NCBI GenBank assembly: GCA_021802705.1
Contig: JAJZRL010000004.1
Coordinates: 13,862 to 77,861, forward strand
Direction: 5' to 3'
DNA: 64,000 bases
From: a bacterium
GTDB lineage: Bacteria; Patescibacteriota; Minisyncoccia; Phycocordibacterales; Phycocordibacteraceae
Part shown: one piece after another, positions 21,971-32,035 of the stretch
How positions within the stretch are numbered: the first letter of the stretch is position 1
Layout: each line of letters starts with the position of its first letter
Made by a program: the position numbers and the translations under genes
Notes under the pieces: generated by a model
Databases searched by the model: none
Seen by the model: the letters and a program-made list of their open reading frames with translations, nothing else
What the model was told of the DNA's origin: nothing

Positions 21971-23396
21971 GCCGAACGAAATGACGGTGAGCGAAGCGGC
22001 GCGCGCGCTGCGCGCGCGCGATATCTCCGTGCAGGAGCTTTGGGATGCGTGTGTTCTCGCGTCTCACGAGCGAAATCAAGAGCTCAACGCATTCCTTGAG
22101 ATCTTTGAAGCCGACAAAGCGGCGGTAGCAGCTGCGCAAAAACGTATCGATACGGAAGGCGAGACGGCGCCGCTTCTCGCCGGTATCCCCCTCGCGATAA
22201 AAGACAACATCCTCATAGAAGGAAAGGTCGCAAGCGCGGCATCGAAGATGCTTGAGAACTACAGAGCGACCTATGACGCGACAGTCGTGAAAAAGCTCAA
22301 AGAGGCGGGGGCGCTCTTCCTCGGGCGCACCAACATGGACGAGTTCGCGATGGGTTCTTCGACCGAACACTCCGCATACGGAACGACGAAGAACCCGCGC
22401 GATACGCGCCGTGTTCCGGGCGGATCTTCCGGAGGCTCCGCTGCCGCGGTTGCCGCGCATCTCGCTCTCGCCGCTCTCGGTTCCGACACGGGCGGCTCCA
22501 TACGCCAGCCGGCGGCGCACACCGGCATCGTAGGATTGAAGCCGACGTACGGCTCCGTCTCGCGGTCCGGGCTTATCGCGATGGGTTCTTCGCTCGACCA
22601 AGTCGGTCCTTTGGCGAAGACGGTCGAAGACGCTCGCCTCATCTACGAAGCGATCGCCGGCCAGGACCCGCTTGATGCGACGACGATTCCTCCCGGCCTT
22701 TGTCCCGCGCGCCCGATGAAGAAGCCCATGCGCATAGGTGTCCCGAGGCATCTTATCGGCGAAGGGGTCGACCCCGACATACGCGCCGCTTTCAGTGCCA
22801 CGCTCGATGCTCTTGCTGACGCCGGACACACGCTTACGGATATCGAGCTGCCGATGAGCCATCACGCGCTTGCCGCGTATTACGTCATCATGCCCGCCGA
22901 GGTCTCGACCAACCTCGCGCGGCTCGACGGCATCCGCTACGGGCTTGCACAGCGCGGCGATACTTTGCTCGACGACTACCTTCTTTCACGCACGAGCGGT
23001 TTTGGCGAAGAGACGCGCCGACGCATCCTGCTTGGGACCTTCGTGCTCTCTTCCGGCTATATCGACGCGTATTACCGCAAAGCCGACGCTGCCCGCGCCG
23101 TATTGCGCAAGGAGTACGCGGATGCTTTCGATAAGGTTGACGCTATCGTGTTCCCGACAACGCCATCGCCGGCGTTTGCGTTTGGCGAAAAGAGCGATCC
23201 GCTCGCGATGTATCTTGAAGACATTTTCACGGTCACCGCGAACCTGACCGGCATGCCGGCGCTCTCCGTCCCGATGGGTTTCGTCGAGCGGGACGGGGCC
23301 TCGCTTCCGGTGGGGATGCATATCACCGCGCCGCACGGAGCAGAAGACACGCTTTTCTCCTTAGGCGCAGAGGTGGAGAAAGAGCGCCGCGCATAG
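21963..23396 (+). CDS. gatA: Asp/Glu-tRNA amidotransferase subunit A
   Basis: Amidase signature GGSSGGS, GSDTGGSIRQPA and RRRILLGTFVLS. Confidence 0.96.
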   Translation: MTKPNEMTVSEAARALRARDISVQELWDACVLASHERNQELNAFLEIFEADKAAVAAAQKRIDTEGETAPLLAGIPLAIKDNILIEGKVASAASKMLENYRATYDATVVKKLKEAGALFLGRTNMDEFAMGSSTEHSAYGTTKNPRDTRRVPGGSSGGSAAAVAAHLALAALGSDTGGSIRQPAAHTGIVGLKPTYGSVSRSGLIAMGSSLDQVGPLAKTVEDARLIYEAIAGQDPLDATTIPPGLCPARPMKKPMRIGVPRHLIGEGVDPDIRAAFSATLDALADAGHTLTDIELPMSHHALAAYYVIMPAEVSTNLARLDGIRYGLAQRGDTLLDDYLLSRTSGFGEETRRRILLGTFVLSSGYIDAYYRKADAARAVLRKEYADAFDKVDAIVFPTTPSPAFAFGEKSDPLAMYLEDIFTVTANLTGMPALSVPMGFVERDGASLPVGMHITAPHGAEDTLFSLGAEVEKERRA

Positions 23397-23421
23397 CGTA
23401 TTTTCATCTATACTGGAAACG

Positions 23422-23988
23422 ATGCCTATCACGCATGTAAACTTCTTCCAGATCGCTCATAACCTCGCTTACGGCAGCTACACATCGGCAAGCTACGCGA
23501 CGCTCCAGCAGCTCGCCGCTCACGTATGGTTTTGGGTCGTTATCGTCGGCTACGCGCTTTCGGGAATCGGTTTTTTTCTGGTCATCTATACGACCAGAAA
23601 GATCTTCGACCTTCGCGCGCGCGAAAGCGAATATTATGGTGCGGTATTGATCGCGCCCGAAGCCGAGATCGGGACGAATCCTCGGTGGCAGCACATCGAA
23701 TCGCTTGTCGCTGATATGAGTGCGAGCGAGTGGCGCGAGGCCATCATCGAAGCCGACATCATGCTCGATGACCTGCTCACGAAGCAGGGTTATACGGGAG
23801 AAGGAGTCGGCGAAAAACTGAAGGCTGTCGAGCCGTCCGACTTCGATACGCTGCAAGACGCATGGGAAGCGCACAAAGTGCGCAACCAGATAGCGCACGA
23901 AGGATCTTCCTTCGACCTCTCCGAGACGCTCGCGCGCCGTACCATCGCCCGTTATGAAGCCGTCTTCCGCGAGTTCAAGGTCATCTAA
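23422..23988 (+). CDS. Conserved hypothetical membrane protein
   Basis: TM segment; AIIEAD and AHKVRNQIAHE (HEPN-like RxxxxH); TATACT 7 nt upstream. Confidence 0.8.
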   Translation: MPITHVNFFQIAHNLAYGSYTSASYATLQQLAAHVWFWVVIVGYALSGIGFFLVIYTTRKIFDLRARESEYYGAVLIAPEAEIGTNPRWQHIESLVADMSASEWREAIIEADIMLDDLLTKQGYTGEGVGEKLKAVEPSDFDTLQDAWEAHKVRNQIAHEGSSFDLSETLARRTIARYEAVFREFKVI

Positions 23989-24039
23989 AAGGATTTTGGT
24001 CGGGTTGCATTGTCGAGCTCGTTTCTTTATACTTGCAGA

Positions 24040-24110
24040 AGCGGGGTAGAGGAGAGGTACCTCGGGAGGCTCATAACCTCCAGACGCCGGTTCAATTCCG
24101 GCCCCCGCAA
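24040..24110 (+). tRNA. Initiator tRNA-fMet(CAT)
   Basis: Cloverleaf with anticodon loop CTCATAA; unpaired 1:72 (A/A) and A11:U24 are initiator hallmarks. Confidence 0.92.
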
Positions 24111-24223
24111 CAAGGTAGTGCGGCCTGCCATACAGACCGTCCGGCATCGAAAGTGCCAAAAATCAGTTCAAGACCGACACGATTAAAACTTGCGAAAGGC
24201 GCCCGAAAGGGCGCCTTTCGCAA
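24107..24223 (+). repeat. Conserved left end, copy 1 (attL-like) with terminator hairpin 24190-24223
   Basis: gcaacaaggtagtgcggcctg...tcagttcaagaccg is also present at 47125 and 61520. Confidence 0.9.
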
Positions 24224-24250
24224 TGCATCTTCACGGGAATGAGGTTCTCG

Positions 24251-24520
24251 TCATTTCTTTCGGGACACTTTATACACCGCCAGAATCTCGCTGATGGCTT
24301 TCTTCTGCGCTCCGCCCCGCATCTGCTCGACCACATGCGTCGAGAGGTGGTTCTCAAGCATCGCGTCCTCGACTGCCGAAAGCGCCTGCCGTATCGCGGA
24401 CGCCTGCGTTATCACGTCGATGCAATACGTATCGTTCTCGACCATCTTCTCCAACCCTCGTACCTGCCCTTCGATAGTTTTCAACCTGCGCACCACTTTC
24501 CGCTTGACGTCGGGTTTCAT
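24251..24520 (-). CDS. csoR: CsoR/RcnR family metal-sensing repressor
   Basis: Motifs RLKTIEGQVRG, YCIDVITQ and LENHL. Confidence 0.92.
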   Translation of the reverse strand: MKPDVKRKVVRRLKTIEGQVRGLEKMVENDTYCIDVITQASAIRQALSAVEDAMLENHLSTHVVEQMRGGAQKKAISEILAVYKVSRKK

Positions 24521-24526
24521 AGGTCC

Positions 24527-24554
24527 ATAATACCCCTAGGGGGTGTTAGGTCAA
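24527..24554 (-). promoter_or_regulatory. csoR promoter (TTGACC-16-TATTAT) containing a CsoR-type operator
   Basis: Pseudo-palindrome atacccctagggggtgt (24530-24546) with C and G tracts typical of CsoR operators, between divergent genes. Confidence 0.75.
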
Positions 24555-24582
24555 GAATGCTTACTCGCATAATCCTTTTTGT

Positions 24583-25176
24583 ATGAAAACATTCGCACTA
24601 GGCACATTTCTCGCGGCTCTCGCACTCGTCGGTTTCGGCGGTGCGGCGCACGCGCAGATGATGTACGGCAACGGCTACGGCTCGGGCATGATGGGCTACT
24701 ACGGCAATACGGAAACGTCGACCTCTACCGCGACGACGACGAACGCGGGCGATGCCGCCGGTGCCGCGCTCTGGCAGAAACTCTCCTCTGGACAGGTCTC
24801 CTGCGGCTCACTTTCCCAGAGCGACTTCGCGACCCTCGGCGACTACGTTATGGGCAACATGATGGGCGCGTACCACGATCAAGCCGACCAGTACATGACG
24901 CGCTCTCTCGGGCAACAGGGAGAGGAACAGATGCATATCGCGATGGGGGAACGCCTCTCTGGTTGCAACCCGTCTGCCGCGTATCCCTCGGGCGTATCGG
25001 ACTTTTACCCGATGATGGGTGGCTGGGGGCCAGGCAGCTACTCAATGATGGGCTTCGGTTCTGGCGTATTCGACTACAGCGCCTTCGGCGGCATCGTCAT
25101 GGCGCTCGTGTGGCTCTTCGCGATTATCGGCGTCGTAGCATCGATCATGTGGCTCGTGCGGCGCACGGATAAGTGA
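24583..25176 (+). CDS. Secreted/membrane Met-Gly-rich protein of the copper operon
   Basis: Signal peptide, MMG repeats, HIAMG motif, C-terminal TM. Confidence 0.8.
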   Translation: MKTFALGTFLAALALVGFGGAAHAQMMYGNGYGSGMMGYYGNTETSTSTATTTNAGDAAGAALWQKLSSGQVSCGSLSQSDFATLGDYVMGNMMGAYHDQADQYMTRSLGQQGEEQMHIAMGERLSGCNPSAAYPSGVSDFYPMMGGWGPGSYSMMGFGSGVFDYSAFGGIVMALVWLFAIIGVVASIMWLVRRTDK

Positions 25177-25178
25177 GT

Positions 25179-27308
25179 ATGTATTTACCAGAACACGAAC
25201 AAAGCGAAAATAAAACAACCGGACACTACACATGCCCGATGCATCCCGAGATCATGCAAGAGCGTCCCGGCATCTGCTCCGAATGCGGCATGAACCTCGT
25301 TCCTGCGGATAGGGCGAGTGATCATGACCATTCGCATGATTGGCATGACCGGCACGCCGGACACTCGACCGCCATGTTCTTGCGAAAGTTCTGGGTGAGC
25401 TCCGTGCTCTCGATTCCGGTCGTGCTGTACTCATCGATACTCAATATACTTTTCGGTTTTTCTGCCCCGGCGTTCCCCGGCTCCGCCTACATCCCGCTCA
25501 TTCTCGGCTCCATCGTCTTCTTCTACGGCGGTTCCGTCTTCCTCGCGAGCGCGTGGCGCGAGATCAAGGCACGCGTGCCCGGCATGATGACGCTCATTTC
25601 GGTCGCCATCCTGACGGCGTACCTCTGGAGCGTCTACGCGGTTTTCTTCGGACAGGAACCGCTCCTCTGGGAACTCACGACCCTTATCGTCATCATGCTT
25701 CTCGGCCACTATATCGAGATGCGAGCCGTCTCCGGCGCACAAGGAGCGCTCAAAGAGCTTTCCAAACTCCTACCGGACACTGCAGAGGTTATCCGCGGAA
25801 CCGAGACGAAGGTCATTCCGCTCGCTGATCTAAAGGAAAACGACGTCGTGCTCGTGAAGCCCGGCGACAAAATCCCGGCGGACGGATCAATCATCGAAGG
25901 CGAATCGGAGGTGAACGAATCGATGGTTACCGGCGAATCGAAACCCGTCAATAAGCGCATGGGAAGCGCGGTCATCGCGGGCACAGTCAATGGCGACGGA
26001 GCACTCAAGATACAAGTCGCACACATAGGTGAGAAAACATTCCTCGCGGGCGTCATGCGACTCGTCGCGGAAGCGCAAGCCTCCAAATCGAAGCTTCAGA
26101 TACTTTCCGATAAGGCGGCGTTTCTCCTCACCGTCGTCGCCATAGGCGTCGGCGTCGCGACGTTCGGCGCATGGGTCCTGCTCAGCGCGGGGATCGCCTT
26201 CGCGGTCTCGCGCGTCGTCGCGGTCTTGGTCATCGCTTGTCCGCACGCGCTCGGCCTCGCCGTGCCCTTGGTCGCTTCCATTTCCACGACCAAGGCAGCG
26301 AAGAACGGCTTTCTCGTGAAGCAGCGTCTTGCGCTCGAAGCCGCGCGGAGCATAGACACGGTGCTTTTCGACAAGACCGGCACGCTCACCAAAGGCGCGT
26401 TCGGCGTTACGGGCGTCTTCGCGGTATCCGATCATTCGGAGGACGACGTGCTCGCGCTTGCCGCATCGCTTGACGCGCTCTCCGCACATCCCATTGCTCA
26501 AGCGATTGTCGCAGATGCAAAAACAAGAAAGATTCAGTTCTCGGAAGCGAAGAGTCATACCGCCATCAAAGGACGAGGGGCTAAAGCAATGATCGGGGGT
26601 AAGGAAACGCATGTGGGCGGTCCGGCGCTGCTTGAGAGTCTAGGGCTCGCGATACCGGCCGGTATCCTCGAAAAGGTTACGGCTGCAGGATCTCAAGGGC
26701 AGACCGTCGTGTTTGTCGTGCAAGAGAATAGTGTCCTAGGCGCAATCGCGCTCGCCGATGTCGTTCGCGAAGAATCGAAAGAGGCGGTACGAGAACTCAA
26801 GGCGATGGGCATCCGCTCGGTGATGATTACGGGCGATTCCGAGGATGTCGCCAAAGCGGTTGCGGCGGAAATCGGCCTCGACGAGTACTTCGCGCGTGTT
26901 CTCCCTGAACAGAAGTCGGCGAAGGTCAAAGAGCTTCAGGATAAGGGACGGAAGGTCGCGATGGTGGGCGACGGTATCAACGATGCCCCCGCTCTCACCC
27001 AGGCCGACCTCGGCATCGCGATAGGCGCAGGCACGAATGTCGCCATCGAGTCGGCGGGCATCATTCTCGTGCGCGACGACCCGCGCGACATTGCGAAGAT
27101 TGTCCGGCTCTCCAAGATGACGTACTCGAAGATGATTCAGAACCTCTGGTGGGCGGCCGGGTACAACATCTTCGCCATTCCGCTCGCGGCGGGCGTCCTC
27201 GCGCCGTGGGGCATCTTTCTCCAGCCCGCCTTCGCGGCAGTCCTCATGTCCGCGAGCACAGTCATCGTCTCAATAAATGCTGCGCTTTTGGGGCGACGGA
27301 CGTTATAA
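25179..27308 (+). CDS. copB: Copper-translocating P1B-type ATPase with heavy-metal-binding domain
   Basis: YTCPMHP...CSECGM domain; [13 protein letters not shown] and GDGINDAP motifs. Confidence 0.93.
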   Translation: MYLPEHEQSENKTTGHYTCPMHPEIMQERPGICSECGMNLVPADRASDHDHSHDWHDRHAGHSTAMFLRKFWVSSVLSIPVVLYSSILNILFGFSAPAFPGSAYIPLILGSIVFFYGGSVFLASAWREIKARVPGMMTLISVAILTAYLWSVYAVFFGQEPLLWELTTLIVIMLLGHYIEMRAVSGAQGALKELSKLLPDTAEVIRGTETKVIPLADLKENDVVLVKPGDKIPADGSIIEGESEVNESMVTGESKPVNKRMGSAVIAGTVNGDGALKIQVAHIGEKTFLAGVMRLVAEAQASKSKLQILSDKAAFLLTVVAIGVGVATFGAWVLLSAGIAFAVSRVVAVLVIACPHALGLAVPLVASISTTKAAKNGFLVKQRLALEAARSIDTVLFDKTGTLTKGAFGVTGVFAVSDHSEDDVLALAASLDALSAHPIAQAIVADAKTRKIQFSEAKSHTAIKGRGAKAMIGGKETHVGGPALLESLGLAIPAGILEKVTAAGSQGQTVVFVVQENSVLGAIALADVVREESKEAVRELKAMGIRSVMITGDSEDVAKAVAAEIGLDEYFARVLPEQKSAKVKELQDKGRKVAMVGDGINDAPALTQADLGIAIGAGTNVAIESAGIILVRDDPRDIAKIVRLSKMTYSKMIQNLWWAAGYNIFAIPLAAGVLAPWGIFLQPAFAAVLMSASTVIVSINAALLGRRTL

Positions 27309-27315
27309 TACTCAC

Positions 27316-27714
27316 ATGTCGATTCTGAAGCGTGCGTTCGCCAGCTCGTTCATCGCCGCTCTCATTCTTATGTCGGGCGTGTGCGCGGTAACGTATGCAC
27401 CGCCATCGATGCATTCTTCAGGCATGGGAATGGTCGGATGTCCGTTCGCGGGACACGGCGGCGCGGTGTGCGGCATGAGTCCTCTCGATCATCTTGACGG
27501 GATGCAGCTTGCGCTCGCCGCAGTCGTCCCGAGCATCGGGATACTGTTTTTGTTACTTCTTGCATCGTTCCTCGTAGCAGTTCTCGCATCAGTATCGGAA
27601 TGGATTCCTGTCCCGCTCGCGCTTTCATACGAACCGCCTGATACGAGAGTGCGTACGTACGATCCTCTTAAGCGCTACGCCGCACGCGGCCTACTGAATC
27701 CAAAGATTCCCTAA
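27316..27714 (+). CDS. Small membrane protein with Cys/Met/His motif
   Basis: GCPF...CGMSPLDH motif; C-terminal GLLNPK; TATAAT 6 nt before ATG. Confidence 0.7.
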   Translation: MSILKRAFASSFIAALILMSGVCAVTYAPPSMHSSGMGMVGCPFAGHGGAVCGMSPLDHLDGMQLALAAVVPSIGILFLLLLASFLVAVLASVSEWIPVPLALSYEPPDTRVRTYDPLKRYAARGLLNPKIP

Positions 27715-27768
27715 TGATTCCATTGATGTTTATTAACACGGCACAAACGCCGTATTCTTACAAACACC

Positions 27769-28482
27769 ATGGAACCATCATCGAAATTCACCCAGTTTGC
27801 TACGCCCGCCGCCGTGCTCCTCGGAGGAGCGTTCATCGCAGGGGCTATGATATGGAATAATGCGCACCCGAACTCGCAACCACTCCAAGCCGGGAGTCAG
27901 CCGCAACTCGCTGTTGCCGCAGACGTATCGAAGGTCAAGACGGCTGGTGAGCCTTTCATTGGCAGCCCGAACGCGCCTGTCACGATGGCGTACTGGTACG
28001 ACTACCAATGCCCGTTCTGCCAGCGCAACGAGGAGCAGACGATGCCGCAGATAATCAAGGACTACGTTGACACCGGCAAGCTCAAGATCGTATTCAAGGA
28101 TTACCAATTCCTCGGTCCCGATTCGCAGACGCTTGGGAAATTCTCCCGCGCCGTGTGGGAGGTCGCGCCCGACAAGTTCTACCAGTGGCACAAAGCAATC
28201 TACGACAACCAGGGCACGGAAAACACCGGCTGGGCGACCGACGCAAAGATAACATCAATAACGACCGGCGTTCTTGGCGCGTCCGACACCGCGAAAGTCG
28301 CCGCGCTCGTGAAGTCAAACGGCGACGAGTACCAAAAAGAAATGGATGCGGACAGGGCCGAAGGCACCGCGATGGGCATTTCCGGCACGCCGGGCGCGAT
28401 CATCGGCAAGCAGTTAATCTCGGGAGCGCAGCCGTACGCGGCATTCCAGACGGCGATAGATGCGGCTCTGAAGAGCCAATAG
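27769..28482 (+). CDS. DsbA-family thiol-disulfide oxidoreductase
   Basis: Motifs GSPNAPVT, DYQCPFC, GTP and GAQPY. Confidence 0.92.
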   Translation: MEPSSKFTQFATPAAVLLGGAFIAGAMIWNNAHPNSQPLQAGSQPQLAVAADVSKVKTAGEPFIGSPNAPVTMAYWYDYQCPFCQRNEEQTMPQIIKDYVDTGKLKIVFKDYQFLGPDSQTLGKFSRAVWEVAPDKFYQWHKAIYDNQGTENTGWATDAKITSITTGVLGASDTAKVAALVKSNGDEYQKEMDADRAEGTAMGISGTPGAIIGKQLISGAQPYAAFQTAIDAALKSQ

Positions 28483-28486
28483 CCCC

Positions 28487-29149
28487 ATGCGGAGAAAATA
28501 TGTTCCTATCCTCATCATTGCCATTGCTGCGGTGATCGGAGGGTACCTCATCGCAAAACCTCATACGCCTGTGGCGAATGCCGAAATTGCCGCGGAGTAC
28601 GCAAAAATCCCTACCGAAAGCGGTAAGGCGGCTTTCATGACTCAGAGCAATAACCTCACGACGCCGGTCGATTCGACGCTCGTCGACCTCGACTCGCAAC
28701 TCATCACCTGCTCTCCGAATGTCGACAGTTTGCTTTCGGCAAGTCCGTCAGTCGGCGGCAGCTGCGTCGCGGGTGGGACGAATCTCGCCTCGACAACCGG
28801 CATGTACCTGGGTGGTCAGTGTTGCGGGGCCATGAAAGACCTTAGCGAGTACAACAAAGAGCTACAAAATCTGCAACAGTACAAAAACATTCCCGATGTG
28901 CCGATGAATCCGTACAAGACGCCGATCGCAATCGCGAAAAAGTGGATTGATTACGACAACGCTACGACGCTCACGCCGCAGGAACAAACCATCATGGACC
29001 AAGCGATGAAAACGTCGAAAGAAGGTCCTTGCTGCTGCAAATGCTGGCACTATTTCGTCAACGAAGGTATCGCCAAGAAAATGATCAAAGATTACCACTA
29101 CAGCGCGCAGCAGATCGCCGCGTACTGGGATACCTCAAGTATCTGTTAA
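28487..29149 (+). CDS. Exported Cys-rich protein
   Basis: N-terminal anchor; GGQCCG and EGPCCCKCWH motifs. Confidence 0.8.
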   Translation: MRRKYVPILIIAIAAVIGGYLIAKPHTPVANAEIAAEYAKIPTESGKAAFMTQSNNLTTPVDSTLVDLDSQLITCSPNVDSLLSASPSVGGSCVAGGTNLASTTGMYLGGQCCGAMKDLSEYNKELQNLQQYKNIPDVPMNPYKTPIAIAKKWIDYDNATTLTPQEQTIMDQAMKTSKEGPCCCKCWHYFVNEGIAKKMIKDYHYSAQQIAAYWDTSSIC

Positions 29150-29161
29150 CCAACTAACATT

Positions 29162-29578
29162 ATGAAAACAATTATTGGAATCGGCGCAGCCGTTGTTCTG
29201 CTTCTCGTGGGCGGTGCGCTGTGGTCAAACGGCCTGGCAAACAGCAATCCCGATATTGTTTCTCGAAGGGGTATTCACTGGCACCCGCAACTCACCATCA
29301 TGGTCGGAACGACGACCGTGCCGATCCCTGCTGGTATTGGACTCGGTCCATCCGAAATGCCCATCCACACGCATGACGATTCCGGAACGATACACCTTGA
29401 GTTCTCGGGCGTCGTTCGTAAAGAGCAACTGACGTTGGGCGAGTTCTTCAGAGTATGGGGTAAAGATATGCGCTCGTTCGGCACAAATATGCGCATGACG
29501 GTCAATGGCGTGCCTAACACCGATTACGAGAATTATGTTATGCGAGATGGAGATAAGATCGTCTTGCAATTCGATTAA
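29162..29578 (+). CDS. Exported His-motif protein
   Basis: IHWH and IHTHDDSGTIHLE motifs; beta-grasp-like C-terminus. Confidence 0.8.
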   Translation: MKTIIGIGAAVVLLLVGGALWSNGLANSNPDIVSRRGIHWHPQLTIMVGTTTVPIPAGIGLGPSEMPIHTHDDSGTIHLEFSGVVRKEQLTLGEFFRVWGKDMRSFGTNMRMTVNGVPNTDYENYVMRDGDKIVLQFD

Positions 29579-30102
29579 CGTACAATCCTTGCCCGTTCGT
29601 GCAACGTGCGGCGCAGATACCGCCATTCGTGCCATGTAAGCGCGATGACGACGAGATCGAGGACCGTGATGAGGATGAGCAGGAGCGAGTGCGTGAAAGC
29701 GAAGCGGTAGAGCTGGTAGACGATAAAGAGGCCGAATACGACCATGGCGGTCGGGTAATACCAGAGCCGTTTCCGGAGGAGGCCCACGATGAGCCAGAGC
29801 TTCACGACGCCGTGCGCGATGAGGTAGATCGCGGCAAAATCACGCGCGCCGATGGAGAGGTTCTGAGCGGTGTGAAGCAGATAACTTGCGAGTTGGTCGT
29901 GCGGATCCTCGGCGAACTCAGCTCGCGTGATGAACAAGACTATCTGCACAAGCAACTCCTTCGAGACGAGATAGGTGGCGATGCCCGAGACGATTTCACC
30001 AAGCGCAAAAACAGCCTTCAGCCACAAGCTGACGTCGAAGACGAGGTGGATATTCCTCTCGCTAAGCAATCGCTGTATGCCAGAGGTGTTTGTATGCGGC
30101 AT
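29575..30102 (-). CDS. Membrane protein (DUF2127-like)
   Basis: Four TM segments; YLIAHGVVKL...WYYP. Confidence 0.75.
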   Translation of the reverse strand: MPHTNTSGIQRLLSERNIHLVFDVSLWLKAVFALGEIVSGIATYLVSKELLVQIVLFITRAEFAEDPHDQLASYLLHTAQNLSIGARDFAAIYLIAHGVVKLWLIVGLLRKRLWYYPTAMVVFGLFIVYQLYRFAFTHSLLLILITVLDLVVIALTWHEWRYLRRTLHERARIVR

Positions 30103-30535
30103 AGGTCAATAGTACCGCCACGGCGGATATGACGATACTGCCTGCCACGTCGAGTACGTGACGCACGCCGACGTACACGCGGCCGATCGCGACGAGAATC
30201 GCGAGGACCCAGAGCGCGATACCGAGGCGCCGGTTCCAGAGTGTGCCGATCATGGCGATGGCAGAGACGAGGAGCGCATGGTCGGACGGGAATCCGTTAT
30301 CCGGCGCATGCGGTACGAGCGGCGTGAAATGTCCGACAACGAATGGGCGAGGGTCGAAGTACAGATGGTTTGCAAGCAGTCCAAGCACGAGAGCAAAGAG
30401 GCCGGCGGGAATCGCGAAGAGCGCCCGGCGTTTCCACGAGTCGCGCGGCTGAAGGAAGAAGTACACGCCGAGAATCACGACAGAGACGAGGTACAGGTAT
30501 TCGGCGGCGAAGATGAAAAACGCATCCATCGTCAT
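30062..30535 (-). CDS. PAP2-family undecaprenyl-diphosphate phosphatase (BcrC-like)
   Basis: Motifs RPF, FPSDH and GRVYVGVRH. Confidence 0.85.
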   Translation of the reverse strand: MTMDAFFIFAAEYLYLVSVVILGVYFFLQPRDSWKRRALFAIPAGLFALVLGLLANHLYFDPRPFVVGHFTPLVPHAPDNGFPSDHALLVSAIAMIGTLWNRRLGIALWVLAILVAIGRVYVGVRHVLDVAGSIVISAVAVLLTYAAYKHLWHTAIA

Positions 30536-30578
30536 TTTATATCACACCGCAAGGTGGCATGACTGAATGACGTTCGTC

Positions 30579-31904
30579 CTATTTCGTAAGTGCAATCTGT
30601 TTGTCTTTCATCACGATCTTCCCGCGCATATATTCGAGCAGATCGCGCTTCTCCTCGACGGTGCCATTTTGTAGCAAGTACTTGGCGTAGCGGCGCACGT
30701 CCATTTCCTTCGCCTTGAGCCGCTCTCCCGGATTCCGGGTAGCCGCCTGGAGCTTGTTGTACCGGGCGACCTCTGCCTCGATAACCTTCCGCGCTCCAAT
30801 CTCGTCAAGCTCGACCTGGTCGATCATGGCCGCAAGCTGCTCGATGAGGTTGTCCTCGCGGATGTACGGATTCGCACACGGCACGCCCTTTGACTTCGTG
30901 CAGGTATAGTAGATGTAAGTGCGCTCGGTGCCGTCGCTCTTGATGATTTTCTTCTTCTCGACACCCGTGATGCCCGAGCCGCATTCGCCGCAGACCATGA
31001 TCTTCGTGAAGGTGAACGAGTGCTGCGTGTGCTTCGGCTTGTGATCCTCGAGGAGCTTGTCCTGCACGAGCTGATACAGGTCCCGGCTGATAAGCGCCGT
31101 GTGCCTTCCCGTATACCAGTTGCCGCTCCCTCGCGGGTATTCGTACACGCCGCAGTAGAAGGGATTTTTGAGCGTCAGGTACACCGAGCTCACGGACAGG
31201 TGCTTGTTATTCTTCGTGCGGAAATCGAGGTCGTTCTTGAGCCAGGCGTAAATCCTCCGGCCGCTCCACCGCTCGTATCCGGCCTTCTCGAACATCTGCT
31301 TCACGATGGGGGAGCGTATCGGGTCTACCACCATCTCGCACTTGTGGTCGCGCCGCCTGTCGTTCGCGTATCCGACCGGCGCGACGCCCGGTAGAAGGCC
31401 CATCTCCGCGCGGGTCTTGAGGCCGCGCTTCACGTTGATGCGCTTGTTGTCGTTTTCGAGCTTCGCCTGGCTCCCGAGAATCATGAGTAAGAACTTCTCA
31501 TTCGGATTGTTCGAGAATTTCTGATTGTACGTGCGTATCTCGCGCAGAAGCCCCGCGTCCATGAGGTCGATGACCTTGCCGAGGTCGCCAGCATTTCGGG
31601 CAATGCGGTCTGGTGCCCAGGTGAGGAGTCCATCGAATTTTCCGACCCGCACTTCGTCGATAATCTGGTTGAAGACCGGCCGCTGACCCGTCTCTTTGGC
31701 CGAGTGCGATTCGCGCTTTACCTCGATCACGTCGATGCCGTCCCGTTCGGCGAGCGCCGTCATCTCCTTGATCTGGCTATCTATCGAGAGCGCCTGGACC
31801 TCGTCCTGCTCCGTCGATTTGCGGGCGTACAGGCAGTACCGGATCGGGCGCACCTCTTCGACGACCGGGACGCTCCCCATTTCCCTTGCTAAGGTTGTCT
31901 CCAT
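30579..31904 (-). CDS. Large serine recombinase (resolvase, recombinase and zinc-ribbon domains)
   Basis: YARKS catalytic motif, DRIARN, APVGY, CGECG...YYTC. Confidence 0.95.
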   Translation of the reverse strand: METTLAREMGSVPVVEEVRPIRYCLYARKSTEQDEVQALSIDSQIKEMTALAERDGIDVIEVKRESHSAKETGQRPVFNQIIDEVRVGKFDGLLTWAPDRIARNAGDLGKVIDLMDAGLLREIRTYNQKFSNNPNEKFLLMILGSQAKLENDNKRINVKRGLKTRAEMGLLPGVAPVGYANDRRRDHKCEMVVDPIRSPIVKQMFEKAGYERWSGRRIYAWLKNDLDFRTKNNKHLSVSSVYLTLKNPFYCGVYEYPRGSGNWYTGRHTALISRDLYQLVQDKLLEDHKPKHTQHSFTFTKIMVCGECGSGITGVEKKKIIKSDGTERTYIYYTCTKSKGVPCANPYIREDNLIEQLAAMIDQVELDEIGARKVIEAEVARYNKLQAATRNPGERLKAKEMDVRRYAKYLLQNGTVEEKRDLLEYMRGKIVMKDKQIALTK

Positions 31905-31936
31905 ATCCCTTGTGGTTATTGGCTAATGGCACAGCC

Positions 31937-31971
31937 ACAAGGAATGACGCAACCCCTGCTGGGCGTCCAGA
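31937..31971 (-). promoter_or_regulatory. Bipartite motif ACAAGGAATGACGC-N14-GTCCAGA, copy 1
   Basis: Exact motif and spacing repeated at 35691-35725 and 52358-52392. Confidence 0.7.
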
Positions 31972-32035
31972 CCTGAGTCCGGTACCCATTTCTCGCCCTC
32001 TTGCGCGGGATATTCAAAAGAGTAGCCTTAAGGCC

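Noticed and set aside
23404-24159. 251-aa minus-strand ORF
   Set aside because: It is antisense to tRNA-fMet and to the 23422-23988 gene
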